A stretch of DNA of 64,000 bases from Takakia lepidozioides (taxonomy: Eukaryota; Plantae; Bryophyta): contig CM060732.1 of assembly GCA_030704615.1 (NCBI GenBank), forward strand, positions 71,796,001-71,860,000, written 5' to 3'. The notes under the pieces are model-generated. The model did no database searches. It was not told the origin of the DNA and was given only the letters and a program-made list of their open reading frames with translations. Shown in pieces: positions 50,045-63,358 of the stretch. Each line of letters starts with the position of its first letter. The stretch's first letter is position 1. The position numbers were made by a program, and so were the translations under genes.

Positions 50045-52594
50045 TTATTTCAGAGTGTTACACTGGACGGTCGCGAACCCAATCCGCCCAGCCGATTTAT
50101 CATAGACAATCAGGTGATCTTGCTGCTGAATGTTGCCAATGATGCTGAAGCCTTGGCTACCTGCCATCGCCAGACACAGCACTGTGTTTGCTTGATCCAC
50201 AATCACGAACGTGTTCTCAGGATATAAGGGAAAGTCAGCATTCTGGAAATGAAACACCATTTGCGGAACTGTAGGGTTTGTGACTCCTGCAACACTGAAG
50301 CACAGGTCCAGTCCATAGGCTGAGCCATCCACAACTTGGTAGCTAATCTCCTGCTTCAAGGCCTGGTGCAACACAACATGGATCACCGATCTAGTTAGTT
50401 AATCAGCAGCATATGGTTCATGGATCAGTTTAGCAATCAACCATTTCAAACGTCAAGTCAAGTTACAGGCTTTAATGGGACACTGGACGAATCTTATGAA
50501 TACAGAAGGAGGGTTACAGCTTGATCTTGAATTCTGGGCTCACCTCGCTGAGTGCACCCTCAAAATAATGCAACGTACAATCTCGGTATCATGGGCCCCT
50601 CAATACAATTTGAGGATAGTGAGACCAAAAGGTTTACACTTGACGTTCTATCTAGATCTTGAAGATCGTATTCATTAATTCTCAGTTGAAGGACATTAAG
50701 GATTGATATCGTTTTCGATACCGACCTGTAGGCATATCAGAGATAGTAAGGAATGGTTTCTGCCTTCTCTCACCTGAACAAGAGCATCGTAGGCAGTTTG
50801 AGTCAGCATGGAGATTGTCGTTCCTGAGTCAAAAATGGTGCCGCCTCTGCCCGCGCTGTCAATTGCAAAAGTTTGCGCGGGGATGTTGAGGAGTCGGCTA
50901 CCAACGCTAATACCTGTCATTGACACGTACCAATACGTCGGATGGGCGACGTTCTTCACGATAGGAGTATACGAGACGGTTTGAGCTGCGGCCGCATTCC
51001 CAAAAAGCAATGGGCTGGTCTGAGTTGCGGCCGAGTTCAAGCTCACCAAACAGTACGAGAACTTCTCGGTGACAGTAGAACTAAGCTGGGAATTGAGAGA
51101 GAGATCCCCCTGGCCAAGACCCACAAGGCCACCTGCACCTGAAAAAGTACCACGGTTGGTGTGCCCACAACCGAAGGCAACATTTGGGATGCCATGGGAT
51201 GCTCCGGCAGTGCTGCTGAGAGTAACTGTCTCAAAAGCTAAGTCACCATTGGTATTCGACTGGTCACCATACATGTATTGATACGTGCAGTCTTTGGCGC
51301 ATGTCTGAATCGGAAGTTTCTGGAGAAAGAGAAACAGAAAAGTACAGGACAACTTGTCAACATAGCCAAAACCCAGAAACGAAAGAAGAGAGCTACGAAG
51401 ACAAATAGCACTTCACAGCTTTCCCCAAACATCCGACGTAAGATAATACTGCCATGTCTCCTGTGTAAGCAAGGATGAAGCTGAGAAACCAAGACACTGC
51501 ACACAGCAAGATAATGTGTGTACCAGGCACAATTGATTGTTGCAAGGCACGCCTTTATATGAAGACGACTTTGTCGGGTCAAACTTGGTGCCGGTTTGAG
51601 AATAGCAGGAACGACAAGGCAAGCACTGCACCCAAACTAAATCACTTCCAGTGTCGACTATTGCGTCAAATCTTTGAGGAGGCGTTCCAAGGGAAAGCGA
51701 CATTAGGTACTCTCCTACGCCTGCCGACACGGGGCTTTGAAAGTCCTCCTGGACGTTCACGGCATTCGGACTCAGCCTGTGTGATAAATGTTTCCTGCGC
51801 TTATGACTTCTCTTCACGGCCTCCGCAAACCTCTCGTAAAAGGTCTGGGGGTTGGGGGAACGGAGAGGCGAATCAGCATGATCTCTGTGCACCAACTCAG
51901 ATCTGATCACCTGCGAGAACGGATGAAAATCGAACACAATTGCGTGAGCTTGACAAACTGGGCATTTCCGAAGTAGAAAAATCCGTCGAAGCGGTTCCCA
52001 ACCTGACTGACGTTAACAGGCTTAGAGGCAAAGGGTAAGGGCAATTGCCCTGTGGCACAGCACGAAATGTAAAGCTAATCTTCACTAGGAAGCGATCTGC
52101 CAGTTCTTACGCTTTGAAACTTGGTCCGAATGGCAATCCGCTATTCACCTTTACACGTTTGTCGGGCATCCTCGTGTATACTTCCGGTTAGTATCTACAA
52201 GACTAACTACTACCCCCTAGCAATATAATATTGCTTGACTCTCACAGTCTCCTTTGATTGAAGTTTACTGAGCTGTTACTGTGCTCTGCAAACGCTTAAG
52301 AGCGGCACTCAACAGGCACCAACCCAAGTTTTACCCTACGACTCGTCACAACCACGACTTGCAACGAAGATCGTGTGCCCCCCGGCAACAATGACTTTCA
52401 GATGGTTTCCTCACCTGCTCTTCACTCCCACTTGCGAAGGCATTTACATGCTCGGCACCTGACACCCATTCCGTGTGCGTAGAGTACTTCAAATCCTGTT
52501 GAAGGAGGGCCCTCCTGAGAGTGGACTCAGCTCCAATGCACACCACCATTAGCCCCAGGAATACTACCAACGAGGCCACTCTAAACTGCCCCAT
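50045..52594 (-). CDS. Secreted A1 (nepenthesin-like) aspartic protease; exons 52415-52594, 51524-51910, 50774-51319, 50045-50362
   Basis: Signal peptide; GEYLMSLSLGTPPQ...DTGSDLVWVQC; FGCG; FSYCL; DSGT; IIGNIQQQ. All introns are phase-0 GT-AG with no stops. Confidence 0.95.
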
Positions 52595-54026
52595 GCCTGC
52601 TATGGTGCTCTTCCCGCCTGTCTCCCTTCTCTCCTTCTCTACCACTTACCAGTCCAACACAGTAAGCCTCTCTCAGCTTCTTATCTCCCCCTGTGGAAGC
52701 TCCAAGAGATGGCTCAAGGAGTGCAGCGTGCAGCTACAGTTCCTCGAGCAACTGAAGGAACTACGACATGGGCAGTGAAGACGGAATTTATAGCAGAGGA
52801 ACCAAGGCTGTGAGCAGCCTGACAGCTTCAGCTGGCAGGCTGGACAGTAAAAAGCTCCTCCTTTTACTGCACCATTGCCGCCTTCCTTCACAGCTGCCCC
52901 TCTGCTGAACAGCAGCCCACCACCCTTTTTGCTTGCAATCTAAGTGCTTTGAATTAGGGTTTCGCAATTTGCCGTGAAATACAGCAGCTTCGTTAGTAGG
53001 TTGGTTAGTCTGTATTAGTGTGTGGGTTAGTGCACTGGCACAGCTGATTAGTTGGTTGATTAGTGAGCACTGAGAAGATCAAGGTACAGGCATTGACCGG
53101 AGTAATGAACACCGCAGTCGCACACGTGGCGGCTTAACTGCACCTTCATCTTCGCTGACACTATTTTTCCAACTCACCCGGGCACACGTATCCCTTGTTC
53201 ATCCTCCCCTTCTTTACATCAATTCTCTCTTCTCTTGTATTGGGTCGCGGGATTGAACCCAGAATCAGGGCCCTACCACACTGGCGGCACACCAACAGCA
53301 TTGACGTGGACGTTGCAGCCCATGGATTGTTGGAAGATATAGGTCCATGTCACCAAGCGGGAATGAATCGGCTACCACACAATAGCATAAGCCCAGTGGC
53401 GAAAAAAAGTCGGTAGGAGAGACCATCTCACGACGGCGATGGTGGAAGAATCCCGTCATGATAAAATGTCTTCCTAAAATTGCGGGACACTGCCTGGTAA
53501 TATGACATGTAGGTGCCATGTCAACAAGCAGCCGCTGATGCGGTAGGCACACTGCCCTCTCTTAAACCAATAGGAGGGTCCGAAATTGAGTGCTGCTGCC
53601 CCTCTTGCCTCTAGTGTGGTATCACCCTCAGGTGGGTGACACGTAGTGCACCATCCAACCGAACCGGTCAACAGGTGGTGTATCATTTTTCTTGTATATA
53701 ATTGATGATGATAATGATAACAAAGAATACATAAAGGTGATTCCAGGATAATTGTTTTAAAACGGTGCCAAAAATAAATAGAGGGGAGGGGAAACATCCA
53801 GGAGCCCTCATGATAATTAAGAAAGACTATGGATCACTTATTCACGCTACATAATGCTTGAGGACCTACTTTGATTTTTCTTCTGTTTTTAAATAAATGG
53901 GGACAGAGGCCCAGCTTATCAAAATTTAAGGCAAACAGGGAAAAAAACCCTCTGAAGGACATGAAGGCAAACAAAGGGGATACCATCCCCAAACCTAAGG
54001 TCAGAAAGAACAAAGCACCTTGTTAC

Positions 54027-54585
54027 CAATGTTGGGCGGGTATATTGATATATATATACCCTGGAGTGGCAAGTTTAGGTACTTGGATGTGTACCCTTAT
54101 ATTAGGGTATTTTTTATGATATACCCTTATCTTTATATTTACCCTGCATCAAGAAGTCCAATATACCCTACTTTTCTGAAGGGTATATGTTGAAATGAAG
54201 GGTATATCTAAGGTAACATAGCCACGGCCTTAGCATTCGACGGCAGGAGCATAGCAACGGCGGTGCCATTTGGCCTGGAGGCACTTTTAGGGAATCTCAC
54301 CCATCTATCAAAGTCTAGTAGATTTTTTTCTATGCAGAGTAAGGGAGGGATTATAGGCGCACCATTGGAACAGCCAATGGTGGGCTCAGATTAGATTCTT
54401 TGGGGGTGCAGTTACTAGACACGTCGAGGGTCTTCTGGAAGGCTCCACCACCACCGGGGGTTAACTTATATAGAAATTTGAAAATTTAATTTACCCATAT
54501 CCGGAGGATAAATAAATTCAATTTATCCATACCCGGAGGGTAAATAATTTGACCAAAATAATTTACTTATACCCGCCCAACACTG
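54027..54585. mobile_element. hAT-like MITE
   Basis: TIR CA(A/G)TGTTGGGCGGGTAT at both ends; degenerate 8-bp flanks CTTGTTAC / GTTATCAC. Confidence 0.65.
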
Positions 54586-54589
54586 GTTA

Positions 54590-55240
54590 TCACTGTTGTG
54601 GAAGAGAACCATTACATCTTCATGTGTTTTTTTTTTGTTTTTTTTTTTCTCTTTTGGGTTTTATTGGGTAATTTATAAAGCGGGAAAGACCGCACTATGA
54701 TGTTGTGAATAGAACACCGCCACCTCCAAATGGTTGTGATTGTAAACAGAACATATCTGCCCGGTTGTTATTGTGAATATGATGGTTCTTTTTTTTAATT
54801 TTGGGAAATTTATAAACCACTGTGGTTTTTATCGTAAATAGGACATCTCATTCCTTGGCAGTGGTGTCCCCTTCCTCAGCCTCCATTGCCTATCATGGGA
54901 GGTTATTTTTCCCTCATTTTTAAATAAAATTTTCGGCCTCCCTCAGGCCTTCATCTATAAAAAATTAAAAAATAAAAATCATCTCCCAGTGGTCAGTATC
55001 ATGAATAGAATGGTTCTTATCCTGATATAACATCTTCGGATAGTCGTTATCCTGAGTAGAGTAGAACATCTTCGGATGGGTTGTTATCGTGAATAAAACA
55101 TCTCCAAGTGATTGTTCTTGTGAATACAAGTGTTCGTTATGGTGATTACAACATCTTCAGATGCTATTTGAATACTGAGTGATGATATCATAAATTAGAA
55201 CACCTCCCAATGGTTGTTATCGTGAATATAACATCTTCAG
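54590..55240. repeat. Degenerate ~30-bp minisatellite
   Basis: Variants of AACATCTTCGGATGGTTGTTATCGTGAATA recur about ten times. Confidence 0.6.
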
Positions 55241-56687
55241 ATCAGTGTTTTTATTTCTGGCAAAATTTCGCACTTTTCGACCTCAAAAAATAAAATAAAA
55301 TATTTCGTCGTAAAATTCCCTGTTTTCTCATGGATGACATCGCCAAACTTCTCCAAATAAAATATAAATCTTGGATGAATTCGCCTAATATGGATGATAT
55401 ACCTGGATAAAGGATCCTGATTTTGCCTACATGGACCTGTTGGAACGTGCCACCTGGTATATAAGTGGCTTTTCTCCACCTGCCACCTCGTTACTCTCGC
55501 CACATGGACGCTGGGTATAATTTACACGTGGCCCCTGCCACGATTTTGGAAAAATGGAAAAAAACAAAAAGCACAGATAATATCTCAACAATCTTCGGGT
55601 GGTCGTTATGGTCGCCGGGTGGTGGTTACGGTCAGTGGTCAAGATTCAGTCAAGAACCAGTCCACGACAACGGGGAAGATTCCAAGTAAACCCTAAATAT
55701 AATTGCGAGTTACTAACGACAGAGTTTTGCTAACTAACTCCGTGCGGTGCAGCCTCATCCACACCCTGACGCGGCGACCGCGCAGCAACCGCAGCGTGAG
55801 GGACGCGGCGGCCTTTACGGCAGCGCGGCGGCGGCGAGGCAGCGTGCAGCGCAGCGGCGAGTGTGAAGCGTAACGCAGCCTAGCGTTGCGTGGCCGTGAA
55901 GAGATCGCTGGGCCCGACCTCGTCGTCTCTCCTGCTGCTCACTGCACGCTCAAATTGTGTAGTACGTGTTCATCAAGGCTGCACATGATGGTCCGTGTTA
56001 GCGTGGAGGAAACTATAAGCATCGGTGGGGAGATTTTGACGCATACAGGTTGCATCACGGATCTCGGATCATGAAGGAGAAACTTTTTGAAGGATTGATC
56101 CTACGGATTGTATTTTGATTGGACCCACAAAATTTTCTGGAGTCGTTCATGTGATGAAACTGCTTCCGGCCTTATACGATCGATTCGTGCGCTGAATCAA
56201 GCACAGGGAGGAGCACTACTCATGATCTTTGTACACCGTTAGACTTTGTCGTCGTCTATCTCCACTTTACTGTCTCTAGATAAGTACCTGCTTGCAAGCT
56301 AATTCTTTACTTTTTACGTTTTATAGTGAATACATTTGCATGCATCGACACTGTGCACACCGGACCAAAACATCAGGGCTATGACATTCATTGCACTGTG
56401 GCTGTTAGAGTCACCACTGTGTTGTATGTCTAATTAGTCTGTAGCCAATTCCAGCAGAGAGAGTTTCATGACTTGGAACTCTTGACTTCCAAGGGTTTAA
56501 TTAACAATAGCAGGTCCCGCTCTGTAATATTCGGGTGTCGTTACTCTTCTCTCCATTACTGGAGTACTTCGAACCCTTGCAATAGATTACTATCTGACAA
56601 TTTCTGGGACAGATTGATCACTTCTACTCGAGCTCGTATATTTCGTCACCTGGGGAGCATTTAGGTAGGTGACTTGGTGTGGATGAA

Positions 56688-57963
56688 TCACACTTTCACC
56701 CTCTTCTCCATGTCACGCACGAAAGCCAACATGTTTTCGTGTGAGGAGCCTCCCTCCATTACCGCTTTGCTTGCTTTATCCCTCAACATTGCAATCTCCT
56801 CGTCCTCCCCTCCCATTATAATCATGACCTTTCCTTTCACCTCCTCCCTCCCTACAAGCCCGTCTTTCCCCTTCTCAAAGTCTAGGCCGATCTTCCAAAC
56901 ATGCACAACATAACGGCAGTTCATTGCCTGCTCTCCAAAGTATGGCCATCCCAGCATAGGCACACCGGTCGAGATGCTCTCCAGTACAGAGTTCCAACCA
57001 CAGTGGGTCAGAAATACCGACACCGCAGGGTGGGAGAGAACTGCCGCCTGGGGTACCCAAGGTACAATAAGTGCCCGGTCCTTAGTGCTCTCTACGAACT
57101 CCGAGAAAAAAGCAAGAAATTTGGTGCTCTGGCCACCTAGAATAAGATCGGGGCGGATTACCCACAGGAATGGGCGATGACTCATTTGTAGCCCAAATGC
57201 AAGCTCCTCAAGCCATTGTAAGGAGTCCGAATTTTCTGGCCAAAGTGCACTGCTAGCTCCAGCCACAGCCACCGTACCGTCACCATTGCTACAAGTGGGG
57301 AAGACAAGCGGCCCAACCGTACAGACGTTCAAATTCTCCTTTCGCATAGTTTCTATGACGGTAGCCTCCAATTCGGGGAACGTGTTGAAGAGCACCCACG
57401 CACAGTCATGCATAGGAGGCTTTTGCTGTGAATCAAAGAACTAAACCATAAAGCTTGATAAATCGTGGGTGAGAAAGAACGAGGGCAGGTCATCGACACG
57501 TATCACTGGTGACAGCCCAGGAGGTGACCATTCGCGCACGGGCTGCTGACTCCTCGATAGTCAGTGGAGGCGGTACAGATTGGTCTAAGGGAGAGATAGA
57601 AGCAGATGAGCTTGTAGAAACTGATGGAGATGGTAGGGGCAACAGGCCCGCCGCAACAAGCGTGGGAAGGTGCCTTAAAGCATAAATGGCGATAGAGGAT
57701 GGTGTCGCAAATGCCACAACAGGGATGCCAAAGGTTTTGGCTGCTTCATGTACGCATGGCATGCTCACATCACGTATGAGGCACGTGACGGGAGACCGCA
57801 CGATGAGTTTCTCCAGGAATTCATGAAACACAGGTTTCAGATTCGCTTCCAATGCCGAAATCAGCCCAGGGATATCAGCTGTCCGGGGGTGATCTTCCGG
57901 TAACCCATCTGGTAGCCCCACAAAGTGAATTCGTGCATCTGACCTGCCAAGGCTCTTGAGCAT
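56688..57963 (-). pseudogene. Family-1 UDP-glycosyltransferase pseudogene
   Basis: PSPG box WVPQAAVLSHPAVSVFLTHCGWNSVLESISTGVPMLGWPYFGEQ; LPDGLP; PVTCLIRD. N-terminal His motif absent, frameshifts at ~57420-57510, and WL joined directly to EELA. Confidence 0.9.
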
Positions 57964-59659
57964 AAATCAGTTAAAAGATAATCCGAGATCAATACACCTA
58001 AATCACTCCTAAATCATAGCTCCCAGCCTGGTAAAACCGACATATGAAAGGACTTCGTAAGCATCAATGATATTATAAGAATTCGAGATCTATACATTAC
58101 CATCGCTGTTTCTTCACGGTCAACAGCTCAGTCTCCTCTAGAATCTGATACCGATTTTGTCCGCTGGCGTGCAATGGTTTTCGGACAGTTTCGTCAAACG
58201 AGGATCAGTCACAACTCTTCAAATGTCAATTGATATGTTATAACAGATCTTCACTGCACACGATGGCCTTTTCTGGGTCCTAGATATCTTTATACTAGAA
58301 TGCAGAGTCTGGGAAATGATACATAATTCAAGGCCTGAATGACCATTGAATCGAGTTTGCTGTAGTCAGCCGGGGTCCGTGTCTATACATTCTACACAAT
58401 CAGCTGCTCAGCTGCTTCAGTTACACAAGATCCATGTATACATAAATGTGTCTTTTCACTCATTTCTTTCTTAGACTTCCTTTTTCAGGGAAACAAGTCA
58501 GATATTGACTGCAGGCTCGATAACTTGTGGAGCCCGTCTGTAAACGCTAATTAAAAAAAATCCAGATATATTCACTACCTACATGTGGTGGACATCGTGC
58601 ATATAAATTTCGGCCTGAGTGCAATGGGCTACAGGGTGGATCATATTGGGCAAATTGTGTGTGTGTGGGTGTGAGAGAGACATCAAAGACTCGATAGTAT
58701 TCAATGTGATTGCGCCTTGGCTACCAGGTGTCAGAGATTGTAACGGGCGTATGATTACGCTGTCAAGCTTGCTTCATAATTTACAAGGATAGTGGCCCGG
58801 TCTGTCCCGCAACTGCAACTATCTTTTCGTTGACCAGACGAGAGAGAGTGAGGAAATGTCGAGATCGGGATATTAATGCAACCATATATACGAGTGACTG
58901 TATATATTCTGTTCATGAATCTCTACGGGTGTACACTTAAAAGACTGTCGGAGTGTAGAGTAAAGTGCTAAGTTTCAAATCACCCTGGACCACAATCCCG
59001 ACTTGCTCAAAGGTGATGCACATGTATATTGGATCTAGCCCTTGGGTCAACTGAACAATTATCAATCGAGGCACACTAAGTTTAATAGTTAACCGCCTGC
59101 ATGATCCAGCGAGCTTAATACACGAATAATATAAAGGAAGCAAACAGTTCATCGTTTGGACTTACTTGGCTTCTGATCCACCTTGGGCTTGCATTAAGCG
59201 ATTATGGTTGTGCAGCGTGTTGACAAAGGTGATATAGAAGCCATGCGACCTACTTAGGTGCCTTGCGAGTTGCAGGTGCGGAGTGATATGACCCTGGGCA
59301 GGGAGCGAGCACCATGACCGCGTGCAACTGAGGGCCCTCCTTCTGCTTGGATCTTAAAGTCTCCATCTCGGACAGACGAGTGTAGCTAGACGTTTGAATC
59401 CAAATTCAAGCAAAGAAGTGAGCACGAGAGGTAATCCTGATCAGATCAGCTTAACAAGAAGGCTGTCGCGGTTAGACTACATATAACAGGTGAATATCTC
59501 CACGTCGGCTACAGCAGACGAAGCATCCCGGTGCTGTCACAATTGCTGCTCCCGGGCAGCGTTTCTTTTATACTATTTGCATTGTGGCGCGAGTGGCATC
59601 CATGGGAACATAATAAGTGGAGCATGTGTGGCTATGGTAGAAAATGCAGATTCGAAATA

Positions 59660-60283
59660 CCCTCCCTTGACAACGGGATTAGGCATTTCTGCGCCTAAAT
59701 CCAAAATCAACCAATCAGAAAATTAGGCATGTTTTGAAAACAGGTTCTCAAATTAGGCATTGCATGCTACAATTTTTTAGAATTAGGCACATGAGAAGAG
59801 AAAACATCTATTTTCTTAAGAATAAAATTACAAAAATAGACACCCAATGCCCATGGGCCCTTCCAAGCTCGAGCTTATCTTTCATTTCCTTTGAACCCCT
59901 AAAAATGCCCCTCTTTGTTCGCGGTGCTCCAAGGCTACCTTGCCTTGACCTTAGTGTAGAGGAAACTATGTGTAGATGTCTTGCAAATCTGCACATTGAA
60001 AATGAGGATATCCCCCATCTCAATGTGGTGGACGAAGTTATGGAGAGATGATGACGATTAGCGAGGATGATGAGTATGATGACCTTGTCAAGTCCATGCA
60101 AGGGCCTTTCGAAGTTACATAGAGGTCTCGCAAATAGATTGCGATTTGTAGGAAGTTATTTCCGCATGCATATATTTGGTCCCATAATTTCCCGAAATTA
60201 GGCTTAAATCTGAAAAATTCACGGAATTCGTTAGGCATTTTTATTTTGAATTAATTATCGCCTAGTCCGTTGTCCATGGATGG
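59660..60283. mobile_element. MITE with TA flanks (Tc1/mariner-like)
   Basis: Imperfect TIRs CCTCCCTTGACAACGGGATTAGGC and CCATCCATGGACAACGGACTAGGC (reverse complement); TA on both sides; internal AATTAGGCA repeats. Confidence 0.55.
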
Positions 60284-60639
60284 TAAATGGCGATTGTAGG
60301 AGATGTTGAATGAGTGTTAGGCGAATGAATCCAAAACATAGTAGAGACGGTAAGGCGAACAATCTAAAATTGACATAGCATGGTAAAGGCTACCCAATGC
60401 AACCAAATAGACAAACAAAATAGCCGGCCTGATTTGTGAGCAGTTGCTCCCATGTGTTTCCCTTTTATTTGGAGAAACAACAAAAAAAAACCACATTACC
60501 GTACGTTGCTGTCAGATTCGATAGCACAGTGCCAAAATAATTATTTTTTGGAGACTCGGTCCATTTGGCACCTCATATTTTATACTCCATATGAAACCCA
60601 GGTTGATGCTGCCCAAGACGTGCCTCATGACAGTCTCGA

Positions 60640-60925
60640 GGAACATTATAAAAAAAGGCTTTGTACTCAGCCAGGGAGGAAGGTTGTAGTTCATGAGCAA
60701 GACAGGCCACGTAGACCATTTTGTTGATTTATCACCAAAGGGATTGATACCATCCCATGCCAGACCTAGTCGCAAGTTGCGAGGTTCAGCTGCAAAAGCA
60801 GGCCATGTATCGTCAATGTATTTCCATGCAAGGCTGTCAGGCGGGTGTCTCATCTTCCCATCTTGACTTTAGTTCTCCGTGTGCCACACCATAAGCTTAG
60901 ATATCTCCTTGTACTTGTACAGAGG
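60640..60925 (-). mobile_element. CACTA (En/Spm) Tnp2 transposase fragment
   Basis: LMVWH...MRHPPDSLAWKYID...EPRNLRLGLAWDGINPF...STWPVLLMNYNLPPWL, the Transposase_21 signature. Confidence 0.9.
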
Positions 60926-60936
60926 TTTACTATTTT

Positions 60937-61370
60937 ATGAGCGCATGAGCCCATGAGCCTATGAGCCTATGAGCTCATGAGCGGGCATCCGCGGAATTGG
61001 AATTTTCCTGCCTTTATTGACGGTGTTATGTCCTCTTATCTCGGTAATAGGGTCTGTTTCTCCTGGTCCAGGATGCGGAATGAGGTATTTCGGCGCCGTT
61101 ATTCCCAAGAGCAGTGTGCTAAAATGATGTTTTGAAGACATCCACCGGGGTATTTCGGCACCGAAATTACCTCTTAAAATGTGATATAGTGCGGTATTTA
61201 ATGGCGCAGAACGGGCTATTTCGGCGCCGAAATACCCAAGTGGAATGTACTGAAGTGCCTTGTGCTGAAGGCTTCCATCGCGATATTTTGGTGCAGTAAT
61301 TCATCCGTGGAATTTTTGAGGCCCATATAACGAAGGCGCGCACTGGGCTATTTCGGCGCCAAATTTCCCA
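60937..61370. repeat. Subterminal-type repeats of a DNA transposon
   Basis: 8-bp tandem ATGAGCNN x6 at ~60938-60984. Palindromic TATTTCGGCGCC(GAAATA) at ~61086, 61151, 61217 and 61349. Confidence 0.6.
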
Positions 61371-61613
61371 ATAGGAATGTTAGAAACGGCAGGGTTTTCA
61401 TGGCTTCAAGTTCCCGGCTCGATGGTGTGCATAAATTACTTGTAGGGTTCTTCACTGAAGTTTGCGTCTCTTCTGCTTTTATTATACATTTTGGTTGGCG
61501 GAAGAAATGTAGGGAATCGGACAAGCAGTCTGAACACAATGATTTTTCAAATCGTCAATATTTTCATTAAGTGTTTCAGAACTGTACAACAAAATGATCC
61601 AAATGAGACTTTG

Positions 61614-63358
61614 CTATGGTGAGGATCCGCTATCACTGTCCGATGCATCCCCGGCCTCATGCAAGGATGGCTGCCTTCCACCTGCCTCCGAACCTGCACT
61701 GCCGCTACCGCTGTTACTCTGAGAAGCCCTCCCCTCAAAAATACCATCCTCACCAGCCAGAACTGTCCACCTGGGTGCGGAAGTGTCCTCAACATTCCCC
61801 TCGCTCTCGGACGCGGATTCTATTACGAACTTCCCTACTCTGCCTTTCACAATTCTATGTTTGGCCTCACGCCTCATTATAATTCTCTGCTCATTCCCGT
61901 ATGTCAATTGCTCTAACCGAGTAGGCCTATCCTCCCTCCTGATGGCTTCTCTGGCAGCCGTGTCTGCATAGGCTGGTAGAAAAAAGGGCTTCTGGGGACT
62001 CGCGAGAAACGATTTTCTGGCAAAGAATGGCCGATGCGATTCTGTCTCCTCCTCTGCAACAGGGTCTGGTTCAGGCAAGTCTCCCAGCTTCTCCTCGTCG
62101 GACGACTCTGCAAGGCTGAGTGTACGCACAAACATAGAATGAAGTACATTAGAGAATTCAAACAGGGAATCATCGGCAGGTTGCATGGTCCCTACAACCG
62201 AAACCAATACACTTACTATGGTGCAACTCACTCGAAGACAGGCATTGGGGGAAGCGGCTTTGGGCGCCCCTGCATCGAACGAATTTCCTGGACTTCCTCC
62301 TCTTCATCTTCCTCCTCCCCTTCCACGTCCTCTTCTGCGTTTTTGGGATCCTCAGTCGGAGGCAGACGCTGAAGGCCCGCCAAATTGTAATCGTACAAGG
62401 CCGTATCCCCCTCAAATGAGAACACAAATCGGTTCGACATCCCGCCCACATACAGGCACCTGCGAATTCGTACGACACAACCACAGCCAAACTCAAGAAT
62501 GAGTCGCTTCCTCGCACAAGCAAACATACGCAAACAGAAATGGTGTCAATTTCGGTACCGCATTCAATTAACGTTCTCACCTGTATTTGCAGTGACGTCG
62601 AGGACCCTGCCTTCAACATCCGTACACGTTTCCATGAGCGTCTGGATGAATGTAGGACTCCTGGTCCTGCCATACCTCCATGGCTTGCCCGACAAATCAC
62701 AAAGAATGTCCTTCTCTCCCACATGGTTGAACAGGACGTTATACTCTAGTGGATCAACTGTGGAATCAACAAGTCTTCCTGCTTCACGTAATTTGAATTT
62801 TGAATATTCCTTCACGAAGCAAAACGCCTGAAAGATAAGAGTCTGCAGAGAAGGAAATGAAAACGTCAGAGGTGGCCTACACGTACAGGGGCAATTTCGG
62901 CGTAGAAATTGACATAGCAGAGGAGAACCACAGCATACCTTTTGGCCATCGTTGAGAAGACCCTGCGTGTTGATGCAAGTCCAGATCTTTTTCAGGATGG
63001 GTGCTGCACTTCTCCCCGTCCATACTTTGATATCATTCTCAGTGACTTCTCCATCGGCTGCTAGCACAACAACACAGCCAGCGTCGTCCAACATGTTGGC
63101 TGCGAACCCGAATGTGTGGCTCCAGTATCTTTCGGAAGTCGAACCCGAGACCTAACTGCAAGGAGGTAAAGTCAGGATGGGCAGCAAAAATTCACTTGCA
63201 ATTTTGGTATCCATGATGGAATCATGTGAGAATATTTCTGATGCTTTCTTCAGATGGGTTTTGAAGGGCTCTGCCCGGGATTCTTCTCTAAACCAGAAGC
63301 AACAAATGGTGGTTATTAGAGGGGGACCCGCTAAATCAGTGGCTTCCCTGTGGAAACA
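61614..63358 (-). pseudogene. Spliced TE-associated gene with a divergent beta-class N4C/N6A DNA methyltransferase-like domain and an acidic disordered tail; 5' end cut by an insertion
   Basis: One frame reads ILTLPPCS*...YWSHTFGFAANMLDDAGCVVV, then an intron (62828-62938), then RSPTFIQTLMETCTDVEGRVLDVTANTG. After a further intron it reads RCLYVGGMSNRFVFSFEGDTALYD, followed by acidic regions to the stop at 61614. Confidence 0.5.

Noticed and set aside
54590-55240. CRISPR-like spaced repeats
   Set aside because: Repeats are degenerate and irregularly spaced, with no cas genes and a eukaryotic context. This is a minisatellite.
55730-55890. GC-rich GCAGCG-type low-complexity tract
   Set aside because: No ORF or RNA structure that can be assigned; likely TE internal sequence.
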